A stretch of DNA of 64,000 bases from an uncultured Actinomycetes bacterium (GTDB lineage Bacteria > Actinomycetota > Acidimicrobiia > IMCC26256 > DASPTH01), in the NCBI GenBank assembly GCA_963784595.1, contig CAWARX010000005.1, positions 451,353-515,352 on the forward strand, in the 5' to 3' direction. This document shows positions 21,764 to 33,228 of the stretch, piece after piece. Numbering within the stretch: position 1 is the first letter of the stretch; the number at the start of each line of letters is the position of its first letter. Both the position numbers and the translations under genes were made by a program. The notes beneath the pieces were generated by a model, which was given only the letters and a program-made list of their open reading frames with translations, had not been told where the DNA came from and searched no databases.

Positions 21764-22018
21764 ATGTCGAAGAAGAAGGGCGCGGCCTCCTCGCGCAACG
21801 GTCGTGACTCCAACGCCCAGCGGCTCGGCGTGAAGGTCTTCAGCGGCACCGAGGTCCACGCGGGCACGATCATCGTGCGTCAGCGCGGCACCCGGTTCCA
21901 CCCGGGCGAGAACGTCGGTAAGGGCAGCGACGACACGCTCTTCGCGACCGCGAACGGCGTCGTGAAGTTCGGCCACCGCAAGGGCCGCAAGCTCGTCGAC
22001 ATCGTCCCCTCCAGCTAG
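21764..22018 (+). CDS. rpmA: 50S ribosomal protein L27
   Basis: ORF 21764..22018. [58 protein letters not shown] is the canonical bL27 sequence. Confidence 0.96.
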   Translation: MSKKKGAASSRNGRDSNAQRLGVKVFSGTEVHAGTIIVRQRGTRFHPGENVGKGSDDTLFATANGVVKFGHRKGRKLVDIVPSS

Positions 22019-22062
22019 CTCACCCGCGGAAGTCACCGGGCCGGCGCGCCCGGTGTCCGTAG

Positions 22063-23315
<1,253 letters not shown>

Positions 23316-23316
<1 letters not shown>

Positions 23317-24406
23317 TGGCGCGACCGGCCGTCGTCAAGATCGGCACCTCCTCGATCACGACCGAGGGGGGCGAGATCGACGACGCCTCCTTGCTCAAGC
23401 TCTGCCGCGAGCTCGCCGCGGCGCGCGCCGCCGGGCACGAGGTCGTGCTCGTCAGCTCCGGCGCCATCGCCGCCGGCCTCCCCGCGCTGGGCATGACCAC
23501 ACGACCGACCGACATCGGGACCCTGCAGGCCGTCGCCGCGGTGGGCCAGCCCCGGTTGATGGAGCGCCTCGGCGCCATCCTCGGCCAGCACGGCCTCCTG
23601 GCTGGTCAGGTGCTGCTCACGCCCCACGACTTCGGCGTGCGCTCGCAGTACCTCCACGCCCGTGAGACCCTCCGCCGGTTGCTCGACCTCGGAGTCGTGC
23701 CGGTGGTCAACGAGAACGACACCGTCGCCGACGACGAGATCCGCTACGGCGACAACGACCGGCTGGCGGCGCTGGTGTCGCACCTGGTGGGGGCGCACGT
23801 GCTGGTGCTCCTCACCGACACGGCCGGGCTGTTCACCGCCGATCCGCGCCTCGACGCCGGTGCGTCGCTCATCGAGGAGATCGCCGAGGTCGACGCCGCG
23901 CTCGAGGCGCTCGCCGGGGGCACCGGGACGGCGCGGGGGAGCGGGGGGATGGCCACCAAGCTCGCGGCGGCCAAGATCGCGGCGTGGTCGGGGGTCCGGG
24001 CGGTGATCGCGGCCGCCGACGCGCCCGACGTCGTCGGCGACGCCATCGCCGGGCGGGTCGTCGGCACTTCGTTCCTCCCCGCGCGGAACGGCTCTCGAGC
24101 CGCAAGCTCTGGATCGCGTTCGCCCGGGGCGCCGCCGGGCGCATCGTCGTCGACGACGGCGCCCGCCGGGCGCTCTGTGCCGACCACCGCTCGCTGCTCC
24201 CGGCGGGGGTCCGGGCCGTCGAGGGCTCCTTCGACGTCGACGACGCGGTCGAGATCGTCGACGGAAGCGGGTCGCCCTTCGCCAAGGGGCTGGTCCGCTA
24301 CCCCTCGGCGGTGCTGCGCGACGTCGCCGGGCGCCAGACCTCGGAGCTGGCCGAGGGCCTGCCCCACGAAGTGGTCCATCGGGACGATCTGGTCGTCCTG
24401 CCCTGA
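23316..24406 (+). pseudogene. proB: glutamate 5-kinase; one frame disruption
   Basis: ATG 23316 overlaps the obg stop (TGATG). VVKIGTSSITTEGGEID...VVLVSSGAIAAG...VPVVNENDTVADDEIRYGDNDRLAALV...GTGTARGSGGMATKLAAAKIA lies in the frame of ORF 23121..24419. The PUA-domain end (ERLSSRKLWIAFARGAAGRIVVDDGA...VEIVDGSGSPFAKGLVRY) lies in ORF 23984..24406. The switch is at ~24080. Confidence 0.9.
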
Positions 24407-24697
24407 TCGACGACCCTGACGGTCGGATGAATTCCGGGCCCGCCCTTGCGCTCGCGGCTCGGTTCCGTCACACTCGTGCCTCACAAGCTCGTCGTCGACC
24501 GGCGGGGGGAGAGTCCTCTCACGAGGGCTTCGGCGGTCGACGAGGAGCGGGAGTAGGTGAGGCCGGGTCGCCTCGGCCGCTGCGCCTACGGGTCTCCGAT
24601 CCGGCGGGCCACGCGGCAGGCGGGCGGCGCGGCCTCACCCTCCCGAACGTCGGCCTCCCCGGAAGCCGATTCTCGCTTCCCGATTACACTCGCTCTC

Positions 24698-25967
24698 ATG
24701 TCCGCGCCGTCTGACGTGTCCGAGTCGGGCGTGGCCGAGTTGGGCCGTCGGGCGAAGGCCGCATCCGCCGCGCTGGGCGCGGCGTCGACCGCCGAGAAGA
24801 ACGCCGCGCTGCTCGCCGGCGCCGACCTCCTCGTCGACCGCGGCGGCGAGCTGCTCGAGGCCAACCGCCTCGACGTGGAGGCCGCCGAGGCGGCCGCGAT
24901 GGAGCCCGGGTCCCTCGACCGGCTCCGCCTCACCGAGGCCCGGATCACCGCCATGGCCGACGGCCTGCGCGCCGTCGCCGCGCTGGCCGACCCGATCGGC
25001 GAGGTCCTCGACGGCTGGCGGCGCCCCAACGGCCTGCGCATCGAGCAGCGGCGGGTGCCGCTAGGGGTTGTCGCGATCATCTACGAGAACCGCCCCAACG
25101 TCACGAGCGACGCCGCCGGCATCTGCCTGAAGTCCGGCAACGCCGCCATCCTTCGGGGCTCGGCCACCGCCCTGCGGTCCAACCTGGCGATCGGCGAGGC
25201 GCTGCGCGACGGCCTGGCCAAGGCTGGCCTCCCCGCCGACGCGGTCCTGCTCGTCGACGACGTCCGCCACGAGGCGGCGGTGGAGCTCATGCAGCTGACC
25301 GACGTGGTCGACTGCCTGATCCCCCGGGGCGGGCCGGCGCTGATCCAGAGCATCCGCGACCACGCCACCGTCCCGGTCATCATCGACGGCGACGGCAACT
25401 GCCACGTCTACGTCGACGCCGCGGCCGACCTCGACGCCGCGCTCGACATCGTCGTCAACGCCAAGACCCAGCGCCCGAGCGTCTGCAACGCCGCGGAATC
25501 CCTCGTGGTCCACGAGGCCGTCGCCGACGCCTTCCTCCCGCGCGTGTGTGACGCGTTGGTCGAGCGGGGGGTCGAGCTCGTCGGCGACGCCGGCGCGCGC
25601 CCGGTTCGCGGCGATGGGCGAGGCCACCGACGACGACTTCGGGCGGGAGTTCCTCGCGCTCAAGCTGAGCGTGGCGGTCGTGCCCTCGATCGACGCCGCC
25701 ATCGACCACGTCAACCGCTTCGGCTCGGGCCACACCGAAGCCATCCTCACCCGCGACCTCGCCGCCGCCGAGCGCTTCACCGAGGCGGTCGACGCTGGCA
25801 CCGTGGTCGTGAACGCGTCCACCCGGTTCACCGACGGCGCCGAGTTCGGCTTCGGCGCCGAGATCGGCATCTCCACCCAGAAACTGCACGCACGCGGCCC
25901 CATGGCGTTCCGCGAGCTCACCACCTACAAGTACGTCGTGTGGGGCGACGGTCAAGTGCGGAACTAG
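24698..25967 (+). pseudogene. proA: glutamate-5-semialdehyde dehydrogenase; one frame disruption
   Basis: ATG 24698 lies within ORF 24557..26881 ([26 protein letters not shown]...[11 protein letters not shown]...[35 protein letters not shown]...[14 protein letters not shown]). The C-terminus is in ORF 25548..25967 ([20 protein letters not shown]...[10 protein letters not shown]...[32 protein letters not shown]). The switch is at ~25595. Confidence 0.9.
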
Positions 25968-25993
25968 TCAAGAGAGAGCAGGTCGACACTCCA

Positions 25994-26881
<888 letters not shown>

Positions 26882-26895
26882 GCCCGTCAGCACCG

Positions 26896-28356
26896 GTGAC
26901 GTCGGGGCCGGCGACCTCGGGGCCGGGACTCTCGCTCCTCGACGTCATGCAGGGATTCGTCCACGAGCTGCGGACGGCCGGGCTCCCGGTGTCGATGACC
27001 GAGAACCTCGACGCGATGCGCGCGATCGAGCACATCCCGATCGACGACCGCGAGATGTTCAAGTCGGTGCTCAGCGCGACGTTGGTGAAGCACCACCGCC
27101 ACCAGCGCGCGTTCGAGACCGTCTTCGAGGTGTACTTCTCGCTGTTCAGCTCGGGCGTGCTCGGCGACGGCGACGAGCTGCCCGACATGGAGGAGGGCGC
27201 GCTGCAGGAGGGCGAGGCCTCCGGCGGTGGCGGGGGTACCCCGATGTCGCGCGAGGAGCTGGCGGCGATGCTGCTCAACGCGCTCCAGAACATGGACCGT
27301 GACGCGCTGCGGCGCCTCGCCGCGGCCGCGGTCCAGCAGTTCGCGGGCATGGAGCCGGGCCGGCCGGTGGGCGGGACGTACTACCTCTACCGCACGCTGC
27401 GTCAGCTCGACCTCGACGACCTGCAGGCGCGCCTCATGGAGCAGGCGCGCGAGCGGGGCGAGATCGAGGAGGGCGAGCTGGCCGACCGCCTCGCTCACGA
27501 GGAGTTCCAGGCGCGCCTGAAGGAGCTGCGCGAGCTCATCGAGGAGGAGATCCGCCGGCGCCTCGTCGCCGACCGTGGGGTCGAGGCGATGGCCCGCACC
27601 CTGCGCAAACCGCTCCCGGAAGACATCGAGTTCATGCACGCCTCGCGCGAGGAGATGCTGGCGCTGCAGCAGGCCGTCTACCCGCTCACGCGGGCGATGG
27701 CGGCGCGGCTCGCACAGCGGCGACGGCGGCGCCACCGCGGCCACCTCGACTTCCGCAAGACCATCCGCGAGTCACTGTCATACGGCGGTGTCCCCGCCGA
27801 TCCCAAGTTCAAGAACCCGCATCCGTCGAAGCCCGAGATCATGGTGGTGGCCGACATCTCCGGCTCGGTGGCCAGCTTCGCCCGCTTCACGCTCCAGTTC
27901 GTGTACACGATGGCGAGCCAGTTCTCGAAGGTGCGGTCGTGGGTGTTCATCGACGGCATCGACGAGGTCACGCGCTACTTCCAGGAGGCGGACGACGTCA
28001 CCGAGGCGGTGCAGCGGGTGAACACCGAGGCCGACGTGGTGTGGGTCGACGGTCACTCCGACTACGGACACGCGTTCGAGGTGTGGCACCAGCGTCACTA
28101 CTCGGAGATCACGCCGAAGACCTCCATCATCCTGCTCGGCGACGCCCGCAACAACTACCACACGGCGGAAGCGTGGGTCGTCGACGAGATGCGCAAGCGC
28201 GGTCGCCACGTCTACTGGCTCGACCCCGAGCCGCGCGGGTACTGGGACACCGGCGACTCGATCGTGTCGGAGTACGGCAAGTACTGCGACGGGGTGTTCG
28301 AGTGCCGCAACCTCCGCCAGCTCACCCAGTTCGTCTCCACCATCGCCGAAGGCTGA
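26896..28356 (+). CDS. VWA-domain protein, CoxE-like (partner of the MoxR ATPase)
   Basis: ORF 26896..28356 (486 aa; alternative start ATG 26947). FVHELRTAGLPVSMTENLDAMRAI... is at the N-terminus. The C-terminal VWA reads PEIMVVADISGSVASFARFTLQFVY...IILLGDARNNY...VYWLDPEPRGYWDTGDS. Confidence 0.8.
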   Translation: MTSGPATSGPGLSLLDVMQGFVHELRTAGLPVSMTENLDAMRAIEHIPIDDREMFKSVLSATLVKHHRHQRAFETVFEVYFSLFSSGVLGDGDELPDMEEGALQEGEASGGGGGTPMSREELAAMLLNALQNMDRDALRRLAAAAVQQFAGMEPGRPVGGTYYLYRTLRQLDLDDLQARLMEQARERGEIEEGELADRLAHEEFQARLKELRELIEEEIRRRLVADRGVEAMARTLRKPLPEDIEFMHASREEMLALQQAVYPLTRAMAARLAQRRRRRHRGHLDFRKTIRESLSYGGVPADPKFKNPHPSKPEIMVVADISGSVASFARFTLQFVYTMASQFSKVRSWVFIDGIDEVTRYFQEADDVTEAVQRVNTEADVVWVDGHSDYGHAFEVWHQRHYSEITPKTSIILLGDARNNYHTAEAWVVDEMRKRGRHVYWLDPEPRGYWDTGDSIVSEYGKYCDGVFECRNLRQLTQFVSTIAEG

Positions 28357-28401
28357 CCCGATCCCACCCCACTCACCCCACCCCATCCCATCCCACCCCA
28401 G

Positions 28402-28450
28402 GAACCGGCGTCAAAGTCCGCCGATAATCGGCGGACTTTGACGCCGGTTC
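28402..28450. repeat. 49-nt perfect palindromic element, copy 1 (24-bp arms); likely bidirectional terminator/REP-like element
   Basis: GAACCGGCGTCAAAGTCCGCCGAT-A-ATCGGCGGACTTTGACGCCGGTTC. It lies between the convergent VWA gene (end 28356) and the ACT gene (end 28471). It is preceded by a C-rich tract (CCCACCCCACTCACCCCACCCCATCCCATCCCACCCCA). The outer arms recur at 45152 and 46173. Confidence 0.85.
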
Positions 28451-28470
28451 GCTCTTTTGTGGGGTTCGGG

Positions 28471-29181
28471 TCAGCGCAGAAGGGCCCAGGTCCGGTCGGC
28501 GATGCCGGACAGCGCGTTGAGCTGGGCCCGCTCCCGGCGACGGAACGCGCGGCCGTCGCGCCCGAGGAGGAGCGCGGCGTCGTGTCCGGGCAGTGACGCC
28601 ACCGCGAGGTCGTCGGGTCCGGTGGTGCCGTCGGCGACCATGGGCGACGCCGACGTGCCCTCGACGAGCGCGCCCAGCACCGACGCGTCGGGGGTGGGCT
28701 CACCCGCCGACGCCAGCACCGCGCCGCCGCTGACCAGCGCGCTCCAATCGGCGAGGAACTCGTCGCGGGTCTGGTCGACGAGAACCTGCAGGAGGGTCTC
28801 GACGTCGGTCGCCGAGCACAGGGTCGTGGCCGATTCGAGCGCGTCGAGGCGCGGGTCGGGGAAGTGGTCGATGGTCCGCACCTCCTCGACGCTGGCCCCG
28901 TCGACCTCTTCGATCTCCCGCACGAGCAGGTCGAGCGCGACGGACTTGCGCAGCACCACCGCGAACTCGTCGACGGCCACGTTGTCGCCCCGCTCGAGCA
29001 CGTCGATGCCGACGATGTCGCCGTCGACGGCGCCGATGCGCGAGGCGACGAGGCCGAGCGCGCCGGGGCGATCGGGGAGCCACACCCGCACGAGGACGTG
29101 GGTGGCCGGCTCGGAGGCGTCGCTCACCCACCCGATGCTATGGGCGATGATGACGCGAAGGTTTCGCCCGGGTGAAGACAC
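28471..29181 (-). CDS. ACT-domain-containing protein (ligand-binding regulatory domain plus uncharacterised C-terminal domain)
   Basis: The C-terminal ~236 codons of ORF 28471..29766. THVLVRVWLPDRPGALGLVASRIGAVDGDIVGIDVLERGDNVAVDEFAVVL is a classic ACT fold sequence. The start is uncertain (GTG 29181 or GTG 29127). The upstream part of the ORF is antisense to nadD and is rejected. Confidence 0.6.
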   Translation of the reverse strand: MSSPGRNLRVIIAHSIGWVSDASEPATHVLVRVWLPDRPGALGLVASRIGAVDGDIVGIDVLERGDNVAVDEFAVVLRKSVALDLLVREIEEVDGASVEEVRTIDHFPDPRLDALESATTLCSATDVETLLQVLVDQTRDEFLADWSALVSGGAVLASAGEPTPDASVLGALVEGTSASPMVADGTTGPDDLAVASLPGHDAALLLGRDGRAFRRRERAQLNALSGIADRTWALLR

Positions 29182-29206
29182 GGCACGCCCGTAGACTCCC
29201 TGGCCG

Positions 29207-29800
29207 ATGACCAGGAGCGTGGAGCGCCTCGGGGTGTTCGGTGGCACTTTCGATCCGGTGCACGTCGGGCACGTGGTCGTCGCCGCGGAGGTGCGGTCCC
29301 AGTTGGCGCTCGACCGGGTCCTGCTCGTGGTGGCGGGCGATCCGTGGCAGAAGCGCGGCCAGGTCGTGGCGTCGGCCGCGCAGCGGCTCATGCTGGTGGA
29401 GGCGGCGGTCGACGGCGTCGAGGGCGTGGAGGCCTCCGCGATCGAGATCGAGCGTGACGCGCCGTCGGTCACCGCCGACACGCTCGAGGCGCTGGCCGGC
29501 CCGCACCGGGAGCTCTTCCTCGTGCTCGGCGCGGACGCCGTCGCCAACATGTCCACCTGGCGCCGGCTGGAGGAGACCCGGAACCTGTCCACGGTCGTGG
29601 TGGTGGAGCGCCGGGGCGACGCCCACGCCGAACCGCCCGGACCGGGGTGGCGGGTCGAGCGGGTGTCGATCCCCCGCCTCGACGTCGCGTCGACTGAGAT
29701 ACGCCACCGGCTGGGGCACGGTCGCCCGATCGACGGGATGGTGCCGCCCGAGGTCGTGCACGCCATCCGATCGCACGGCCTCTACACTGATCTCGGATGA
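29207..29800 (+). CDS. nadD: nicotinate-nucleotide adenylyltransferase
   Basis: ORF 29207..29800 (197 aa). GVFGGTFDPVHVGHVVVA is the (H/T)xGH motif; it is followed by ...LVLGADAV...ISSTEIR-like VASTEIRHRL. Confidence 0.9.
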   Translation: MTRSVERLGVFGGTFDPVHVGHVVVAAEVRSQLALDRVLLVVAGDPWQKRGQVVASAAQRLMLVEAAVDGVEGVEASAIEIERDAPSVTADTLEALAGPHRELFLVLGADAVANMSTWRRLEETRNLSTVVVVERRGDAHAEPPGPGWRVERVSIPRLDVASTEIRHRLGHGRPIDGMVPPEVVHAIRSHGLYTDLG

Positions 29801-29819
29801 CACCTCGATCGACCGGCGC

Positions 29820-30212
29820 TTGACTTCCACGCATCCGATCTCCGACGGCTACCGACGGGCCGGGGTCGCCGCGCACGCGGCAGCGGACAAGCACGGTGAG
29901 GACGTCACCGTTCTCGACGTGGGCGAGATCATCGCGATCACCGAGGCCTTCGTGCTCGTGAGCGCGTCGAACACCCGCCTGGTGCGCACCATCGTCGAAG
30001 AGGTCGAGCTGGCGTTGAAGCTGGCCGACGACGAGAGTCCCCGCAGCGTCGAAGGGTTGGGCGACGCGACCTGGGTGCTCATGGACTACGGCGACGTCAT
30101 CGTCCACGTCTTCCTGGCCGAGACGCGCGCCTTCTACGATCTCGACCGCCTCTGGGCGGACGCGCCCGCCGTCGAGTGGGAGCGCCTCACCCCCCTCGCC
30201 GAGAGAGCCTGA
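29820..30212 (+). CDS. rsfS: ribosome silencing factor RsfS (iojap-like)
   Basis: The tail of ORF 29241..30212 from TTG 29820. AAADKHGEDVTVLDVGEIIAITEAFVLVSASNTRLVRTIVEEVE...WVLMDYGDVIVHVFLAETRAFYDLDRLW is the canonical RsfS sequence, in the usual position after nadD. Confidence 0.85.
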   Translation: MTSTHPISDGYRRAGVAAHAAADKHGEDVTVLDVGEIIAITEAFVLVSASNTRLVRTIVEEVELALKLADDESPRSVEGLGDATWVLMDYGDVIVHVFLAETRAFYDLDRLWADAPAVEWERLTPLAERA

Positions 30213-30218
30213 TTCGAC

Positions 30219-31010
30219 CTACAGATAGGGCCGCATCGGGACGGCCCGTTCGGCGAGGCCGTCCTTGAGCTCGCGCACCCCGACGTTGCGGTCGAAGCGC
30301 GGCGAGTAGAGGATCGAGCTGATGATCGCCGCCGACGCGCCGCCCGCGGTCAGGCCCTCGGCGATGTGGTCGACGGTGCCGGCGCCGCCCGACGCGATCA
30401 CGGGCACGTTCACCGCGTCGGCGACGGCGCGGGTGATGTCGAGGTCGTACCCCGACGCGGTGCCGTCGCGGTCGATGCTGTTCACGACGATCTCGCCGGC
30501 GCCGAGGTCCTCACCGCGCCGCACCCAGTCGAGGGCGTCGAGGCCGGTGGCGAGGCGCGCGCCGTCGATGAACACCTCGTACCCGCTCGGGATCCCGTCG
30601 CGGATCCCCACGTGCTTCACCTGTGTGCTCAGCACCACGCACTGACGGCCGAACGCCTGCGCGCCCTCGCGGATGATCTCCGGGTTGCGGACCGCCATCG
30701 AGTCGACGCTGATCTTCTCGGCGCCGGCCTTCAGGACCTCGAACATGTCGTCGACGGACCGGATCCCGCCGCCGACGGTGAAGGGGACGAACACGTGGTG
30801 CGCGACGCGCCGCACGGTGTCGAGGTCGATCTTGCGCTTCTCCGCGCTCGCCTTGATGTCGTAGAAGACGATCTCGTCGATCTGGTCGGCGTAGAGCTGC
30901 TGCGCGAGCGTTTCGGCCGGGGCGATGTCGATGTTGTCCTGGAATTGCTGCGCCTTGGTGACGCGCCCCTCGACGACGTCGAAGCAGGCGATGAGCCGCT
31001 TGGTCAGCAC
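30219..31010 (-). CDS. hisF: imidazole glycerol phosphate synthase cyclase subunit HisF-like
   Basis: The lower part of ORF 30219..31850 from GTG 31010. VLTKRLIACFDVVEGRVTKAQQF...VFVPFTVGGGIRSVDD...GAEKISVDSMAV...GAGEIVVNSIDRDGTASGYD...VPVIASGGAG. The start overlaps the hisH stop (GTGCTGA). Confidence 0.85.
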   Translation of the reverse strand: MLTKRLIACFDVVEGRVTKAQQFQDNIDIAPAETLAQQLYADQIDEIVFYDIKASAEKRKIDLDTVRRVAHHVFVPFTVGGGIRSVDDMFEVLKAGAEKISVDSMAVRNPEIIREGAQAFGRQCVVLSTQVKHVGIRDGIPSGYEVFIDGARLATGLDALDWVRRGEDLGAGEIVVNSIDRDGTASGYDLDITRAVADAVNVPVIASGGAGTVDHIAEGLTAGGASAAIISSILYSPRFDRNVGVRELKDGLAERAVPMRPYL

Positions 31011-31628
31011 TGGCGCTCCTCGACAACCGGCTCCCACGACGCGAATCCGCGCAGCAGCGACAGCCCGAGCTCGCCGCTCTTCTCGGCGTGGAACTGGGTG
31101 GCGAGCACGTTCCCGCGCGACCACGGAGCAGAACTCGACGCTGTAGTCGGTGAGCCCGAGCGCGTCGGCGGGGTCGCGCGGCGAGCAGTAGTAGGAGTTG
31201 ACGAAGTAGAAGTGGGCCGCCTCGGGCAGGCCGCGCGTGACCGGGTGCTCGCGGGTGAAGCGCACCGCGTTCCACCCGATCTGCGGGACCCGCTCGGTGT
31301 CGGGGAAGCGCCGGACCGTGCCCGGGACCCATCCCAGACCGGGGGTGTCGCCCTCCTCGCTGTGGTCGAACAGGACCTGGAGGCCGATGCAGATCCCGAG
31401 GAACGGCACGCTGTCGCCCCGCACACGGTCGGAGAGCGCGCCGACGAGGTCCTGTTCGACGAGCGAGTCGATGGTGGCGCGCGCCGCGCCCACCCCGGGC
31501 AGGATGATGCGCTCGGAGCCGGAGACGTCGGCGGCCTCGCTCACGAGGCGCGCGGGGATCCCGAGGTGCCCGAGTGCGTACATGACGCTCGGTGCGTTGC
31601 CGGCGCGGTAGTCGATGACGTCGATCAT
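31004..31628 (-). pseudogene. hisH: imidazole glycerol phosphate synthase glutamine amidotransferase subunit HisH-like; one frame disruption
   Basis: ATG 31628. MIDVIDYRAGNAPSVMYALGHLG...IILPGVGAA...PFLGICIGLQVLF (catalytic Cys) lies in the frame of ORF 30219..31850. The end (GNVLATQFHAEKSGELGLSLLRGF) lies in ORF 31004..31426. The switch is at ~31120 (extra G). Confidence 0.85.
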
Positions 31629-31693
31629 GCCGGGGCCGAGGGTACCCAAGGACCTAGGCTGAGCTTCGCTCAATACGAGCGCCGGATCCTCCG

Positions 31694-33214
31694 ATGACCT
31701 TTCTGATGCGTCGCCGCGCCCGCCTCGTCGTCCTCCCGGTGCTCCTGCTGCTGGTCGCGCTCGCCGGCTGCCTGCCTCCCAGCCCGCCGGTGGCGGCGCC
31801 GTCGGACGGCTCGCCCGGCTCCGCCGGGGTGCCGGTGATGGGTCAGTCACGCCTCACCGCCGACCAGCTCGTCGCCTACTACCAGAGGAACGACCCGGGC
31901 TCGCTGCCCTACCGCGCGACCGGGGCGACGCTCCAGCAGCTGGCGAACATGTTCGTGACCGAGGGCAACCGCTACAACGTGCGGGGCGACATCGCGTTCG
32001 CGCAGTCGATCATCGAGACGGCGTGGTTCTACTACCCGGACTACGGGCAGGTGCACCCCAACGACAACAACTTCGCGGGGATCGGCGCCTGCGACTCCTG
32101 CGGCACCGGCTTCGGCTTCAAGAGCGCGCTCAACGGCGTGCGCGCCCAGCTGCAGCTGCTGCGCAATTACGCCGACATCAACTCGCGGACCACGAACATC
32201 CCTGACCCGCCGGTCCCCGAGCTGTGGGGGAGCACGCCGTCGACCGCGGCATACAACTTCGACCACTACTTCGCCAAGGGCGACGCGCCGCTCTGGAACG
32301 ACATGGGCAACGGCAACTGGGCCACCGCGCCCAACTACGCGACGGTGGTGCTCGGCGTCTACAACCGGATGCTGACCTCCAGCGGTCTGCCCGGGCAGTG
32401 TCCGCCCGACGGCCTGCAGTACGGACCCCCCACCGCGGCGGGCCCGTGCCCCGTGAGCCTCCGCCAGCCGGGTCGCGCCATCGCCGGCCTCCCGACCGGC
32501 GGGTACTACGTGCTCAACGGCAACGGCATCGTGAGCGCCTACAACGCCGCGCCCTCCTTCGGCTCGCCGCCGCTCGCCGACTCCGACATCTTCCGCGACA
32601 TCGCGCCGATGCCCGACGGCCAGGGGTACGTCGTGCTCGCGGGCAACGGCCTCGTGTACAAGCTGGGTTCGGCAGCCGATCCGAACCTGCTGGGCAACGT
32701 GTCGATGCCCTTCTACCCGGGCCAGGACATCGCGCGCTCGATCGCGGTGATGCCCGACGGCAAGGGCTACGTCATCCTGAACGGCGACGGCGTGATCACG
32801 AAGTGGGGCAGCGCGGCGCAAGCCCCGATGGCCGCACTCGGCAACCCGTCGTGGCCCGGCAACGATCTCGGGCGGTCGATCGCGATCATGCCCGACGGCG
32901 CCGGGTACCTCGTGCTCGACACCTACGGCGGCGTCAACAAGTACGGCAGCGCGACCCAGGGCGCGGTGGGGAGCGGCTCGACCACGTACTGGGGCACCGA
33001 CCTGGGACGTGACCTCGTCCTGGTGTCGGCGTTCGGCCAGGCGTTCGGCTACTACGTGATCGACGCCTGGGGCGGGATCACCAACACCTCGGGCCTCCCG
33101 GCCCGGACCAACCCGGCGGCCACGCTGTTCCGCGACCGCTGGCGCGGGGCCACGATCTACGGCGGGAAGCCGTTGCTGTTGCGCAACGACGGCACGACCA
33201 CGCTCTCCAACTAG
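31694..33214 (+). CDS. lipoprotein with N-terminal glucosaminidase (GH73-like) domain and C-terminal 5-6 propeller-like repeats
   Basis: ORF 31694..33214 (506 aa). The signal peptide and lipobox read LLLLVALAGC. AFAQSIIETAWFYYPD...NNFAGIGA resembles the catalytic Glu region of mannosyl-glycoprotein endo-beta-N-acetylglucosaminidases. Residues ~262-506 hold ~45-aa repeats (R-x-IA-x-MPDG-x-GY-x-VL-x-G-x-G-x-V-x-x-x-GSA). Confidence 0.65.
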   Translation: MTFLMRRRARLVVLPVLLLLVALAGCLPPSPPVAAPSDGSPGSAGVPVMGQSRLTADQLVAYYQRNDPGSLPYRATGATLQQLANMFVTEGNRYNVRGDIAFAQSIIETAWFYYPDYGQVHPNDNNFAGIGACDSCGTGFGFKSALNGVRAQLQLLRNYADINSRTTNIPDPPVPELWGSTPSTAAYNFDHYFAKGDAPLWNDMGNGNWATAPNYATVVLGVYNRMLTSSGLPGQCPPDGLQYGPPTAAGPCPVSLRQPGRAIAGLPTGGYYVLNGNGIVSAYNAAPSFGSPPLADSDIFRDIAPMPDGQGYVVLAGNGLVYKLGSAADPNLLGNVSMPFYPGQDIARSIAVMPDGKGYVILNGDGVITKWGSAAQAPMAALGNPSWPGNDLGRSIAIMPDGAGYLVLDTYGGVNKYGSATQGAVGSGSTTYWGTDLGRDLVLVSAFGQAFGYYVIDAWGGITNTSGLPARTNPAATLFRDRWRGATIYGGKPLLLRNDGTTTLSN

Positions 33215-33228
33215 ACGGGGCGCCCCGG

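Noticed and set aside
24549-24560. GGGAGUAGG in the proB-proA spacer, reminiscent of the yybP-ykoY (Mn2+) riboswitch L1 sequence.
   Set aside because: The other conserved elements of that riboswitch are not present. The downstream gene (proA) is not a metal transporter.
29182-29766. The upstream 195 codons of minus-strand ORF 28471..29766.
   Set aside because: They are antisense to nadD, Ser/Thr/Arg-rich and not protein-like. The ACT-domain protein begins near 29127-29181.
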